A stretch of 64,000 bases of DNA from assembly GCA_035531535.1 (NCBI GenBank), contig DATKSV010000099.1, positions 340-64,339 on the forward strand, written 5' to 3'. Under the pieces are notes generated by a model. It had not been told where the DNA came from, made no database searches, and saw only the letters and a list, made by a program, of their open reading frames with translations. Origin of the DNA: Candidatus Nanopelagicaceae bacterium (GTDB lineage Bacteria > Chloroflexota > Dormibacteria > Aeolococcales > Bog-877). Position 1 is the stretch's first letter; each line of letters opens with the position of its first letter. The position numbers were made by a program, and so were the translations under genes. This document shows, piece by piece, positions 17,593 through 27,674 of this stretch.

Positions 17593-19291
17593 GTACGACT
17601 TCGTCGTCGACCCTGGCAACCGCAACAGCACCTATGGCCTGATCTGCGAGCGGGTGCCGGAAGGGGCTGCGGTGCTCGATATCGGCTGCTCCTCGGGCAA
17701 CCTGGGACTGGTCCTGGAGCGGGTCCGCCGGTGCCGTGTGCTGGGGATCGACATCGACCGGGATGCGGTCGCGATCGCGCGCGGCAAGGGGATCGAGGCG
17801 ATGGTGGCCGACCTCACCCAGCAGCCGGCGGCGGTCGTGGTCGGGGAGCGCCGATTCGACGTTGTCATCCTGGCCGATGTCCTGGAGCATCTGGTCAACC
17901 CGGCCAGCATCCTGGCCCCGGTGGGGGCCCTGCTCAAGCCCGGGGGCAAAGTGCTCTGCTCGTTCCCCAACATCACCCATGTGGACGTCCAGACGATGCT
18001 GGCCCAGGACGAGTGGCGCACGCAGCCAACGGGGATCCTGGACGAGACCCATCTTCGCTTCTTCACCGAGGCCAGCTTCTCCGAGCTCGCCTTTCGCTGC
18101 GGCTACGATGTCGCCGCCGTGGAGCGGGTCACCCTGCCCTTGCTGGGGACCGAGGTTCTCGACTACGGCCGACGGCTCGGCTTGCGCGCCCCGGATCTAG
18201 CCGCCCTGGCTGCGGTCTCCCAGCGGTCCAATCCCAACTGGGACGTCTACCAGTACGTCTTCGAGCTGCGGCGGGCACCCGAGCGCGTAGGGCTCGCGGC
18301 GCCGCCCAGGCTCGAGCCAACGCCCGGACTCCCCGCACTGCCCGCTCTGGAGTTGGGCCGTCTGGAGGTGTTGGTGCGCACTGTGGAGGGCCGCTTGGGG
18401 TACCTCAAGGACGCCCTCTATTCCCTGGTCGGGGTGACCTATCCCTCGCTGCGGGCGATCGTCCTTGTCGACAGCTCCTCTCCGGCCTACGCGGACTCGG
18501 TGCGCGAGCTGGTGGGCCACCTGGAGGGCCTGCTCGAGGTGGTGGTGAGCGTGGTGCCCGAGCACCAGGCGCAGCGGGGGCGGCCCCTCAATTGGGGGCT
18601 GGACCTAGCCAGCGGCGAGTACATCTCGTTCCTTGACGACGATGACGTCTACTACCCGAGCTTCGGAGATCGCCTGATTGGCTGCCTCCAAGACCATCCC
18701 GAGGTGACGGTCGCCTACGGAATCGGCCAGGTGGTGCGGGGCGAGGCCACCGAGACCGGCTTTCGCGCGCTGTCACATCTGAAGCAGTACGACGAGCCGT
18801 TCGATCGGGCCCGTCTCTTCCTGGAGAACTACATCCCGATCAACACCCTGGTGGTGCGCCGCGCCGCCGTCAAAGCGGCCGGGATTCGGTTTGACGAGAC
18901 CCTGCCGATCTATGAGGACTGGGCTTTCCTGCGGGAGCTGGCGGCCCGGTTTGAGTTTCGGTTTGTCGACGCGGTGGTCTCCGAGTATCGCCTGAGGACG
19001 GACGGGTCGAACGCCGTGCCGGAGGGCTCCGAGGAGCGCTGGGAGCGGACCGCGGCCCAGGTCCGCCAGCGTTACCAGGCCCAGCCGGTCCGACTCCGCG
19101 GCGAGGAGCTGGCGACCCTGGCGGAGCGTGCGCGCGCTCTGGCCGAGCGCACCCGCGCCGAGCTGGACGCGCTAAGGGCAGAGCTGGCCGCTACCAAGAA
19201 CCTCAACCGTCGCCTGCTCTCCTCCCGCAGCTGGAAGCTCACCCGACCGCTGCGACGGCTGCTGGGATCGGGACTCCCCGAAGACACCTGA
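17573..19291 (+). CDS. Fusion protein: class I SAM methyltransferase + GT2 glycosyltransferase + C-terminal coiled-coil
   Basis: Methyltransferase motif I VLDIGCSSGNLG and ILADVLEHLVNP. GT2 part has LEVLVRT...AIVLVDSSSP...GEYISFLDDDDVYYP. The tail ELATLAERARALAERTRAELDALRAELAATKNL looks like a coiled coil. Confidence 0.8.
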   Translation: MPSDAGKYDFVVDPGNRNSTYGLICERVPEGAAVLDIGCSSGNLGLVLERVRRCRVLGIDIDRDAVAIARGKGIEAMVADLTQQPAAVVVGERRFDVVILADVLEHLVNPASILAPVGALLKPGGKVLCSFPNITHVDVQTMLAQDEWRTQPTGILDETHLRFFTEASFSELAFRCGYDVAAVERVTLPLLGTEVLDYGRRLGLRAPDLAALAAVSQRSNPNWDVYQYVFELRRAPERVGLAAPPRLEPTPGLPALPALELGRLEVLVRTVEGRLGYLKDALYSLVGVTYPSLRAIVLVDSSSPAYADSVRELVGHLEGLLEVVVSVVPEHQAQRGRPLNWGLDLASGEYISFLDDDDVYYPSFGDRLIGCLQDHPEVTVAYGIGQVVRGEATETGFRALSHLKQYDEPFDRARLFLENYIPINTLVVRRAAVKAAGIRFDETLPIYEDWAFLRELAARFEFRFVDAVVSEYRLRTDGSNAVPEGSEERWERTAAQVRQRYQAQPVRLRGEELATLAERARALAERTRAELDALRAELAATKNLNRRLLSSRSWKLTRPLRRLLGSGLPEDT

Positions 19292-19342
19292 CCGCAACCT
19301 GAGCGGATTGAGGGGCCCGGGGGCCCAGTTCCGGCCGGGCGT

Positions 19343-20332
19343 TCAGCCGGGCGCCTGGGCTCCGAGTCCACTCCGGTGAGCCATCCGACCCAGCACCTGG
19401 CCAACGGCCGTTGCTCTCGAGTACTGCACCAGGTCAGCCGCCCGGCGAATCGCCAGCAGCTCGTCCACGCTCAGCTCGATGTCGGCCGCGGCCACGTTGG
19501 CCTCCAGCTGGGCGATCGAGTTGGCGCCTGGGATGGCGATCACCTGGGGCTGGGCGATGAGATAGGCGAGGGCGACCTGAGCCGCGGTGGCGCCTCTGCG
19601 CTCGCCGATCTCCCGCAGCAGGGATACCAGCGGCGCTGCGGCCTCCAGTGCGGCGGGGGCGAAAAGATGGTTGATCCGGCGCACCCCGGAGGGCAGGTTG
19701 TCACGGCTGTACCTGCCGCTCAATGCCCCCTGGGCCAGGGGGCTGTAGGCGATCACGATCCGGTGTTGGCGCTGGGCCCAGCCCAGCAGCTCCCGCTCCG
19801 GCCTGCGCTGGAGCAGGTTGTAGCGGACCTGGTTGGAGATGATCGGAGCGCCCAGCAGGCGTTCCGCTCGCCGCCAGCGCGAGAGGGTGAAGTTGCTCAC
19901 CCCGGCATAGCGGCTGAGCCCATCGGCCAGGATCTGACGCATGCCTTCCATCTGCACCCTGAGAGGGATCACCGGGTTGGGAAGGTGGATCTGGTAGAGG
20001 TCCACCAGCGGCCGCTGCAGCCGTTCCAGGCTCCGCTTGCAGTGGCTGACCATGACCTTGGGCACAGGCATGATGGGGAGGAACTTGCTGGCCAGGAACA
20101 CCTCCCCCGACCACTCTCGAAGGGCGGTGCCCACCAGTGACTCGCTGGTCCCGGCACCGTACAGCTCGGCGGTGTCGAGGACCGTGATCCCGAGCTCCAG
20201 GGCGCGCCGGATGATGTCGATCGAGTCCTGGGGGCCGTACCCGTCCCCGTAGCCCCAGCCCGGCTCGCCGAACTGCCAGCAGCCCAGCCCGATCCGAGAC
20301 AGCTTTCGGCCGTCGAGTTCCAGATATCGCAT
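19343..20332 (-). CDS. Aldo/keto reductase
   Basis: MRYLELDGRKLSRIGLGCWQFG...LDTAELYG...FLASK...SNF. Confidence 0.9.
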   Translation of the reverse strand: MRYLELDGRKLSRIGLGCWQFGEPGWGYGDGYGPQDSIDIIRRALELGITVLDTAELYGAGTSESLVGTALREWSGEVFLASKFLPIMPVPKVMVSHCKRSLERLQRPLVDLYQIHLPNPVIPLRVQMEGMRQILADGLSRYAGVSNFTLSRWRRAERLLGAPIISNQVRYNLLQRRPERELLGWAQRQHRIVIAYSPLAQGALSGRYSRDNLPSGVRRINHLFAPAALEAAAPLVSLLREIGERRGATAAQVALAYLIAQPQVIAIPGANSIAQLEANVAAADIELSVDELLAIRRAADLVQYSRATAVGQVLGRMAHRSGLGAQAPG

Positions 20333-20707
20333 GGCTTTGATTATGGCCCGCCGCCTTGGGCCAACCTCCGCCGGGTGCTCTCGGTGGCCGTCGCTCGGAC
20401 CCGGCCGACCTACTCACTGGCATCCCCGGGCTGCGCCGGGTATTCCCGGAGCAGCGCCTGGGAGGGCCGCCGGGCGCGGCGCGACCACCAGCGCGGCGGT
20501 GACCCGGCGGGCTGGTCCGGCTCGCCTCAAGCCCGCCCGACGCTGCCCCGGCTCCGCAATCGGGGCCGATCCTCATCCGGCGGCGGTCCCCGCCCCAGGC
20601 AGAAGGGCCCGGTCCACGAAGGCAGATAATGGTTGGGTCACCTGCGGTGCGCCGGCGCGCCCGATCTGGCGACTAACCCAAGGATTCAAATTGGAGGCGA
20701 CCTTGCC

Positions 20708-21680
20708 CATGGACTACGTGCATCTCGGCCGCTCCGGCCTGCGGGTCAGCCCGCTGTGTCTGGGCACCATGAACTTCGGACCGCTCACCGCTGAGGCGGA
20801 CTCCTTCCGGATCATGGACCGCGCCCTGGAGCTGGGGATCAACTTCTTCGACACCGCCAACGTCTACGGGCGCTCGGTGAAGTTGGGGCTGACCGAGGAG
20901 ATAGTGGGGCGGTGGTTCGCCCAGGGTGGGGGTCGCCGGGAGAAGGTGGTGATCGCCACCAAGCTCTACGGATCCACCACCGAATGGCCCAACGACACCT
21001 TCCTGTCAGCTCGCAATATCCGGCACGCCTGTGAGGCCTCATTGCGCCGGCTGCAGACCGACCACATCGACCTGTACCAGATGCACCACATCGACCGCGA
21101 GACCCCCTTCGAGGAGATCTGGGAGGCCTTCGAGGTGCTCCGGCAGCAGGGCAAGATCATTTATGCCGGCTCCTCCAACTTCGCGGGCTGGCACATCGCC
21201 AGGGCCCAGGAACAGGCGCGGGCCCGCCACTTCATGGGCCTGGTCAGCGAGCAGTCCCTCTACAACCTGATGGCCAGACAGGTGGAGTTGGAGGTGCTGC
21301 CCGCCTGCCGCGAGTACGGCTTGGGCCTGATCCCCTGGAGCCCACTGGCCTCGGGAATCCTTGGGGGCGCCCTCCAGAAGGCGCAGGAGGGCCGGCGCTC
21401 CGACCAGCACAACCAGGAGCGGATAGCCCAGCACCGCGCTCAACTGGAGGCGTACGAGGAGTTCTGCCGGGCCAAGGGCGAGCAACCGGCCGATGTGGCG
21501 CTGGCCTGGCTCCTGCACCAGGAGGGCGTGACCGCCCCCATCATCGGGCCCCGCACCCAGGACCAGTTGGATGGCGCTCTCCGGTCCATCGAGGTCAAGC
21601 TGAGCCCCGAGGAGCTGGACCGGCTGGACAAGATCTTCCCCGGACCGGGCGGGGCCGCGCCTGAGGCCTACGCCTGGTAG
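20708..21680 (+). CDS. Aldo/keto reductase
   Basis: MDYVHLGRSGLRVSPLCLGTMNFG...FFDTANVYG...IATK...DLYQMH...GSSNFAGW. Start at ATG 20708, preceded by ggagg. The upstream 125 codons of ORF 20331 are not protein-like. Confidence 0.9.
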
Positions 21681-21871
21681 ATGTCTCCCGGGCGGGGCAG
21701 GGCGGGCATTCGGGAGGGCAGCGTGTCTGCAGCCCTTTGGCCGTGGCTTCCCCCCGGTCCTGAATCTGGCGGATCGATGCCGGCGGCTCGGACGGTCGCT
21801 CGGGATCTGCTCGGCTGCGGCTCGGGCGCCCTCCAAAGTGACGGCGCACCTAGATGCGCTTTGGTGATGCT

Positions 21872-22147
21872 ATGATGCGCCCAGTGAGAACCACGGTCAA
21901 CATCGACGATCGGCTCTTGGCGGAGGCGAAGGCCAGGGCCGTAGCCCGGAATCGGACCCTCGGCGAGGTGGTCGACGACGCGCTCAGGGTGCTCTTGGTC
22001 GAGCGGGCGGAGCTGGCTGCCGTTCGGCCAAGGGTTGTGCTGCCCACCGATGGCGGCTCAGGGCTGCAGCCGGGAGTGGACCTCGAGGACAGGGATGCGC
22101 TCGCGGAACTCCTCGGTGACAACGGGTTGCGGCATGCTGCTGGCTGA
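21872..22147 (+). CDS. vapB: VapB-type antitoxin (MRTTxxIDDxLL type)
   Basis: MMRPVRTTVNIDDRLLAEAKARAVARNRTLGEVVDDAL. Overlaps the downstream PIN gene. Confidence 0.7.
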   Translation: MMRPVRTTVNIDDRLLAEAKARAVARNRTLGEVVDDALRVLLVERAELAAVRPRVVLPTDGGSGLQPGVDLEDRDALAELLGDNGLRHAAG

Positions 22148-22565
22148 CGTCAACATCTTTGTCTATGCTCGTCGGCGCGAGAGCGAGCGCCATGCGGAGT
22201 ACAAAGTCTGGCTGGAGGATCGTCTCAGCGGCGACGAGCCGTTTGGAGTCAGCGAGCTGGTGCTGAGCTCATTCGCCCGGATCGTGACCAACCACCGGGT
22301 GTACCGGGATCCCACGCCACCAGAGGCGGCCATCGAGTTCTGCGAGCTCGTGCTGGCGGCTCCCGCGGCGGTCCCCATCCGTCCGGGCCCGCTGCACTGG
22401 TCGATATTTGTCAGTCTGTGCCGCCGGGTGCGGGCGAGAGGCAACTCTGTCCCAGACGCCTATCTGGCAGCCCTTGCCCTTGAGCAGGGCGCCACCTGGG
22501 TGACCGTCGATGCTGGCTTCGCCCGCTTTCCGGGCCTGCGGGTCCAGCAGGCCCTGGAGAGCTGA
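22134..22565 (+). CDS. vapC: PIN-domain toxin (VapC-like)
   Basis: MLLADVNIFVYARR...SELVLSSFARIVTN...VPDAYLAALALEQGATWVTVDAGFARF. Confidence 0.8.
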   Translation: MLLADVNIFVYARRRESERHAEYKVWLEDRLSGDEPFGVSELVLSSFARIVTNHRVYRDPTPPEAAIEFCELVLAAPAAVPIRPGPLHWSIFVSLCRRVRARGNSVPDAYLAALALEQGATWVTVDAGFARFPGLRVQQALES

Positions 22566-22780
22566 AGCGGGGTCGCTCCAGTCCCGTTCGTGTCCCAGCC
22601 GGTCTTCGTGGGGCCCTCGGCCCTCTCCATCCCAACGTCGCCCGCGTCGCTCGGCCGGGCCTCGGTCCGGTTCCGATCGCGGGCATGAGCGCGGGCGGGT
22701 AGCTCCGGACTGCGGGGCAGCGTCACTCGGGCCAGCCAGCTCCCAGCCGAGCCGGCCCGGAGGGTGGGGTCATATTGTGG

Positions 22781-24562
22781 TCAATCCACCTCCGCCCCTG
22801 ATTTAGGGGGAGTGCCCAGTGGGTGCCTCCCGCCGGCAGCCGGCCGGGCATTCGCGCTGCCCCGGGTCGATGCCGGCGTCCCCGGGTCGGCCACCTGGAA
22901 ACCATCCCCGCCGGCGAGCTTGGCCAGGTACATGGTCGTGTCCGCCCCTCGCAGCAGCCCCTCGGCGGTGTTGTTGGCGCCGGAGCTGATTGCCACGCCG
23001 ACGCTGATCCGGATCGGCACCAGCTCCTCCCCCAGGCGGAATGGCCGCCGGATCGCATCGAGGATCCTGGCCGCGGTGGCGGTAGCCTGCTCTGAGCCGG
23101 TCAGACCGTCCAGCAGGACCACGAACTCGTCGCCACCCAGGCGCGCCGCCGTGTCGACCTCCCGGATCGAGCCCCGCAGGCGGTCGGCCACCGCGCAGAG
23201 CACCAGATCGCCGGCCTGGTGGCCCAGGCGGTCGTTGATGGCCTTAAGGCCATCCAGGTCGCAGAAGAGGACCGCCACCCGGTGGCGTTGGCGCCTGGTC
23301 CTGGTCAGGGCCCGCTCGAGGCGGTCTTCCAGCAGCAGCCGGTTGGGCAGGCCGGTGAGGGGGTCGTGAAAGGCCTGGCGCACCAGCTGCTGGCGGCGAA
23401 GCTGCTCCTCGGTGACGTCCTGGTACTGGGAGATGAAGTACCAGGGCTCCCCGTCAGGGTGACGCATCAGACTGGCAGTGACCTGGACCCAGACCAGATG
23501 GCCCTCCCGGTGGATGTAGCGCTTGACGAACTGCTGCTCTGGGGCGCGCTGCTCGAGCACCTCCCGGGTCTTTCCACGGTCATCCGCAACGGTGAGATCC
23601 ACGACTTCCGTCCCCACCATCTGGGCGGCACTCAGCCCCACCATCCGGCCCAGGGCGGCGTTGACCTGGAGGTACCGTCCATCCAGGCTGACGGTGGCCA
23701 TTCCCAGCGGGGCCCGCTCGAAGATGAGGCGGGATCGCTCCTCGGCCTCCTTGAGGGCGGCCGTGGTCTCCCGGTCCCGGGTCACGTCGCGCACCGTGCT
23801 GAGCCTGCCGATGACCTGGTCGTGGTCATCGAGCAGGGGAGTGCTGGACACGTCGGCCCAGTACATGCGGCCATTGGGCAGGTGGTGGGCGACCACGGAT
23901 CGCTGCGGCTCGTCCGGGTTGGAGGAGCGCTCGAAGGGCATCTGCTCGCGGCCGACGCCGCCTGGATCGTGGAAGGCCTCCAGGCTCCGCCCCACCGCGT
24001 CCTCGGCCGATGCCAGCCCTTGGAGCTGGGCCCAGGCCCGGTTGGCGTAGGCGATGGTCCCGGCCCGGTCGGTAACGCACACCCCGTCCATGAGCTGGTC
24101 GGCAACCCGGGTGACCCCGCGCAGCCGGGCGGCCTCCACCTGCCGGCGGGTGGAGGCCCGCTCCAGGTCAACTAGCCTGCCCGCCGCCGCCGCGATCGCG
24201 ACCAACAGCAGCAGCATGGTGGCCTCGGCCCAGCGCAGCACTCCGACATCGACGAGGATCACGTTGGGGACCAGGAGCAGCCCAACCCACAAGGCGGTGG
24301 GGAGGGACCCCCGCAGACCGAAGCGCATCGCCGCGTAGCCCACCGGGACCAGCGCCAGGACGACGGTCACGAATGGGGGAATCGGGAGCACTCCCTCGCG
24401 ATACAGAGTGGCGTCGACGAAATGGATCCCGAGGACCCCCAGCACCATAGCCTGGGTCGTCCAGAAGTAGGGGTTCCGCCAGGATCCAGCTGCCAGCGAG
24501 GAGCAAAGGTGACGGACGAGGAACCGCGCACGGCCGGGGTCGACTGCCGGCTCAGCTGCCAT
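22781..24562 (-). CDS. Membrane-anchored PAS-PAS-GGDEF diguanylate cyclase
   Basis: Hydrophobic N-terminal segments and two PAS-like regions. DPLTGLPNRLLLEDRL...LFCDLDGLKAINDRLGHQAGD...ARLGGDEFVVLL has an intact GGDEF motif. Confidence 0.9.
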   Translation of the reverse strand: MAAEPAVDPGRARFLVRHLCSSLAAGSWRNPYFWTTQAMVLGVLGIHFVDATLYREGVLPIPPFVTVVLALVPVGYAAMRFGLRGSLPTALWVGLLLVPNVILVDVGVLRWAEATMLLLLVAIAAAAGRLVDLERASTRRQVEAARLRGVTRVADQLMDGVCVTDRAGTIAYANRAWAQLQGLASAEDAVGRSLEAFHDPGGVGREQMPFERSSNPDEPQRSVVAHHLPNGRMYWADVSSTPLLDDHDQVIGRLSTVRDVTRDRETTAALKEAEERSRLIFERAPLGMATVSLDGRYLQVNAALGRMVGLSAAQMVGTEVVDLTVADDRGKTREVLEQRAPEQQFVKRYIHREGHLVWVQVTASLMRHPDGEPWYFISQYQDVTEEQLRRQQLVRQAFHDPLTGLPNRLLLEDRLERALTRTRRQRHRVAVLFCDLDGLKAINDRLGHQAGDLVLCAVADRLRGSIREVDTAARLGGDEFVVLLDGLTGSEQATATAARILDAIRRPFRLGEELVPIRISVGVAISSGANNTAEGLLRGADTTMYLAKLAGGDGFQVADPGTPASTRGSANARPAAGGRHPLGTPPKSGAEVD

Positions 24563-26721
24563 CAGCGTGGGCCCTGGAGGCTGCTCGGGACTGTGGCCGC
24601 GGGGACGATGCTTGGCCGCGCAGCGCCACTGGTGACCGCCAGTCCGGCCCGGACCGGGCGGCCCAGCAGGAAGCCTTGAACGTAGCCGACCCCCAGGGCG
24701 CGCAGGGTAGCCAGCTCCGAGACGGTCTCCACCCCCTCGGCGATGAGGGCACAGCCGGAGTGCCGGGCGAATGCGACCAGGCCCGTGACCATAGCCTGCC
24801 GCATGGGGTCCTGGTCGAGGTCGCGGACCAAGGAGATGTCCAGCTTGACGTAGGCCGGCCGGAGTTCGACCACATGGCGCAGGCTGGCGAAACCGGCCCC
24901 AGCGTCATCCACGGCGACCTTCAGATCGGTTGTGAGCTCAGCCAGGGCTTCCCGCAGGCGGCTGTAATTGTCGATCAACTCATGCTCGGTGACCTCCAGC
25001 ACGACGGCCCGGTCGGCCGTCGCCAGCAGCGCGTTCAGCGCGTCCCCCTCCGTCAGCAGCAGGGCGGGCGAAACGTTCAGGCTCAGCCAGCCGGTGCTTC
25101 CCGGCAGCTGGCGCGCCTCGCCGATGGAGGCCGCCAGACAGGCGAGCTCGAGTTGGGTGCCCATGCCAGCGCTGGCCGCGCTGGTGAAGATCTGGTCCGG
25201 AGGCACCCCATTCTCGAAGCGGGTGAGGGCCTCGTGGCCGATCACCAGGCCGCTGTCCACGGCCACGATCGGTTGGAACACGGGGTGGAAGCTGCCCTCG
25301 CGCAGGATCCCCTGAACCTGATCGCACACCCGCTCGCTGGTGCGGAGAGTGCGGGTGCCGGTGGCGAGCAGCACGGACGCCATCGCGGCGACGTCAGCCA
25401 GGGTGGGCAGCATCTGGGTCAGATCAGCGACGGCGGCGCCGTCGCTGGCGGCTCCGCGGCCGGCCGTGAGCACCCACTCGACCCGGCCGCCCATCACCAC
25501 CGGGGCGTGCGCCATGGCGCGGAGCCCCGCAGGCCGCAGCTGGGCTGGGTAGCCGCCCGGACCGGGGGAGCTGGCTCTGGCGCTGGGCAGCACCTCCACG
25601 AAGCCGCCGTCCCGGGCGCACCGCCCCATCAGCCGTTGCCAGGTCTGCGGGGCCATGGAGTCGCGGAATCCCAACTCGTGAGGTTCCGGCTCGGGGCAAG
25701 CGCCCACCACGACGCCCAGCCCAGAGCGGCCGGACCGGATCAACGCGGCGTAGTCGAGCCCGGCTCGGTGCTTGAGCTCAGTGCAAAGCGCTGTCGCCAG
25801 GCTCTCCACTGAACTGGTCGGGTCCAGCCGGCTGAGGGCGTCGGTGATCGAGGGGCGCAGCCGGTCGGTGGGGTCGACGCGGTTCCGGGAGATGGCCTCG
25901 CCGACGCACACCAGCGCCATCAGACCGGCCGTGGCCGCCCACAACACCCAGGCGGCGTCCCAGCCCAGGGAATAGCGGCGCGCTGCCACGATGGTCAAGA
26001 GCATGCTGGCGGACCCGACCAGGGCGATGGCGGTCAGCGACCGCTCCAGCTGCGGGGCCTGCCCCAGGCGCCGGAGCGCGGGCACGGCCAGCACCAGGAT
26101 CAATCCCAGCAGGAGACCGGCCACCACCTGCCAGAGGCCCGCGTAGCTGGTGCCGCGGAGAGGGGGCGGGCCGGACGCCGCCGCCAGTTCGGCCCCCAGC
26201 AGGGACACGAGGGCGAGCCCGGTCGAGGTCATCAGCACCCATGGAAAGGCGTCGCCGCTTGAACCATCGCGGCCGGGCAGCGTCCTCCTTCGGGCCGGAA
26301 GGAACCGGTCGGGCAGGCCGAGCACCACCACCAAGCAGAGCAGGGGCCCCCCTTGCCAGGCGAGGCGCGTCCAGGCGAAGGCCTCGGGAGGCCCGCCGAG
26401 CACTCCATGGAGTGCCATCAGGCGGGGGTAGGTGCCCAGGAAGACCAGCGCCATCAGGCCGGAGAAGGCGAAACAGGCCGCCAGCCAGGGCCGCCGCGGG
26501 TTGCGCCCACCGTCGGATCTGAGCAGCACCGCGGCCCCCACGCCGTCGGCGACCAGGATCAGGGCCGCGGCTATCGGCACCAAGCCCGGCGCCACCACCG
26601 TGGTCCGGGAGGCGATCGGGATCAGGGCCAACGCCAGCAGGCCCAGCACACCCGCCACCCAGAGCTCAGGATGCCGCGTCCAACCAACACCAGCAGAGGC
26701 TGGGCGTCCTTGCCTTGTCAA
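24562..26721 (-). CDS. Polytopic membrane sensor with C-terminal EAL phosphodiesterase domain
   Basis: FHPVFQPIVAV...GHEALTRF...LSLNVSP...LEVTEHE...VAVDDAGAGFASL...VKLD...IAEGVETVSE...VQGFLLGRP. Its stop shares 1 nt with the GGDEF gene's ATG (ctgATGg). Confidence 0.85.
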   Translation of the reverse strand: MTRQGRPASAGVGWTRHPELWVAGVLGLLALALIPIASRTTVVAPGLVPIAAALILVADGVGAAVLLRSDGGRNPRRPWLAACFAFSGLMALVFLGTYPRLMALHGVLGGPPEAFAWTRLAWQGGPLLCLVVVLGLPDRFLPARRRTLPGRDGSSGDAFPWVLMTSTGLALVSLLGAELAAASGPPPLRGTSYAGLWQVVAGLLLGLILVLAVPALRRLGQAPQLERSLTAIALVGSASMLLTIVAARRYSLGWDAAWVLWAATAGLMALVCVGEAISRNRVDPTDRLRPSITDALSRLDPTSSVESLATALCTELKHRAGLDYAALIRSGRSGLGVVVGACPEPEPHELGFRDSMAPQTWQRLMGRCARDGGFVEVLPSARASSPGPGGYPAQLRPAGLRAMAHAPVVMGGRVEWVLTAGRGAASDGAAVADLTQMLPTLADVAAMASVLLATGTRTLRTSERVCDQVQGILREGSFHPVFQPIVAVDSGLVIGHEALTRFENGVPPDQIFTSAASAGMGTQLELACLAASIGEARQLPGSTGWLSLNVSPALLLTEGDALNALLATADRAVVLEVTEHELIDNYSRLREALAELTTDLKVAVDDAGAGFASLRHVVELRPAYVKLDISLVRDLDQDPMRQAMVTGLVAFARHSGCALIAEGVETVSELATLRALGVGYVQGFLLGRPVRAGLAVTSGAARPSIVPAATVPSSLQGPR

Positions 26722-27106
26722 CCGCGAGGGGCCATGGTCAAAGCCGCCAAGTGGCTAGCCCTCCCGGAAGAGAGACCTCATCGGCCGGGCTTGGGTCAGC
26801 TCATGCATGCTGCCGACTATCCCCCGGGAGCATCCTGGCTCCGACCGCGCCTCCGTTACGATCCTGCGGCCGTTCGTTACAGGCCGGGGCGGGTGAGGCC
26901 AGGTTGGCAGTCCGCCGGATCTCTTGCCCATGGCGGATTGGGCATGAGGGCAACCCAGCCGACCCCGCGACGATGCCCGGGTGGGTGGCCGGCTCGCTCA
27001 GGTCGTCGCTGCTGGGGCGGGCCGGCGTCCGGGCGATCTCCGGCACCGCGGAGCGGAGACTGCGGGGATTTAGGAGCCCCAGTCTCCGGCGGCCTGGCTG
27101 GCGGCG

Positions 27107-27631
27107 TCAGTCCCTGTCCCGGGGGCGGACTCGAAGGCGAGCGATGGTCGCCGCCGTCGTCTCCGCCGCGATCGCCACCAGCTCCTTGGGCACAGGCGCT
27201 GGCCGACCATCACTGAGCCTCACCCAAACCCACTCGGTGAAGACCTCAGCCAGGAGGAGTCCCTCTGACCGCCGCTTGATGGTGGTGCGTCGGTGGGCTC
27301 GGGTGCCTTTGATTAGTTCCACCTGCACCCTGAGCTCCAGCTCGTCTCCGAAGCGGGCGGGAGCATGGTAGGTGATCTCGCTGTGGCGGATCACCCATCC
27401 GCCCTGGTGCCTCGCGGCCCACTCGGCGCCGATGCCGCTCGCCTCGGCGTGGCGCGAGGCCATCTCCTCAGCCCAGTTCAGATAGACCGCGTTGTTGACG
27501 TGGCCGAAAGCGTCGATCTCATACTGGCGCACCCGCCAGTGGTCGCTGTAGACGAGCGGGTCCGAACTCACCAACCCATTATCGAAGCGGGGTCCCGCAA
27601 GGATCTCAGGGCGACCCGTTGGCACCGACAC
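27107..27631 (-). CDS. 4HBT/YbgC-type acyl-CoA thioesterase
   Basis: HWRVRQYEIDAFGHVNNAVYLNWAEEMASRH...GGWVIRHSEITYHAPARFGDELELRVQV. Only the C-terminal ~175 codons of ORF 27107-28120 are protein-like. The start (GTG 27631 or nearby) is uncertain. Confidence 0.75.
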   Translation of the reverse strand: MSVPTGRPEILAGPRFDNGLVSSDPLVYSDHWRVRQYEIDAFGHVNNAVYLNWAEEMASRHAEASGIGAEWAARHQGGWVIRHSEITYHAPARFGDELELRVQVELIKGTRAHRRTTIKRRSEGLLLAEVFTEWVWVRLSDGRPAPVPKELVAIAAETTAATIARLRVRPRDRD

Positions 27632-27674
27632 TCCCAGCCCTCTTTCAGGTAACTCCCAGCGCTCCGGTGTTTGA

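Noticed and set aside
20331-20707. N-terminal extensions of ORFs 20331-21680, 58680-60035 and 61969-63393 (coordinates given for the first).
   Set aside because: The upstream portions are Arg/Pro/Ala-rich and overlap neighbouring genes on the other strand. Canonical family N-termini with SD sequences begin at 20708, 58824 and 62413.
23219-25812. ORFs 23219-24175(+) and 24676-25812(+).
   Set aside because: They are antisense to the GGDEF and EAL genes, which carry unambiguous catalytic motifs. The antisense translations have no motifs.
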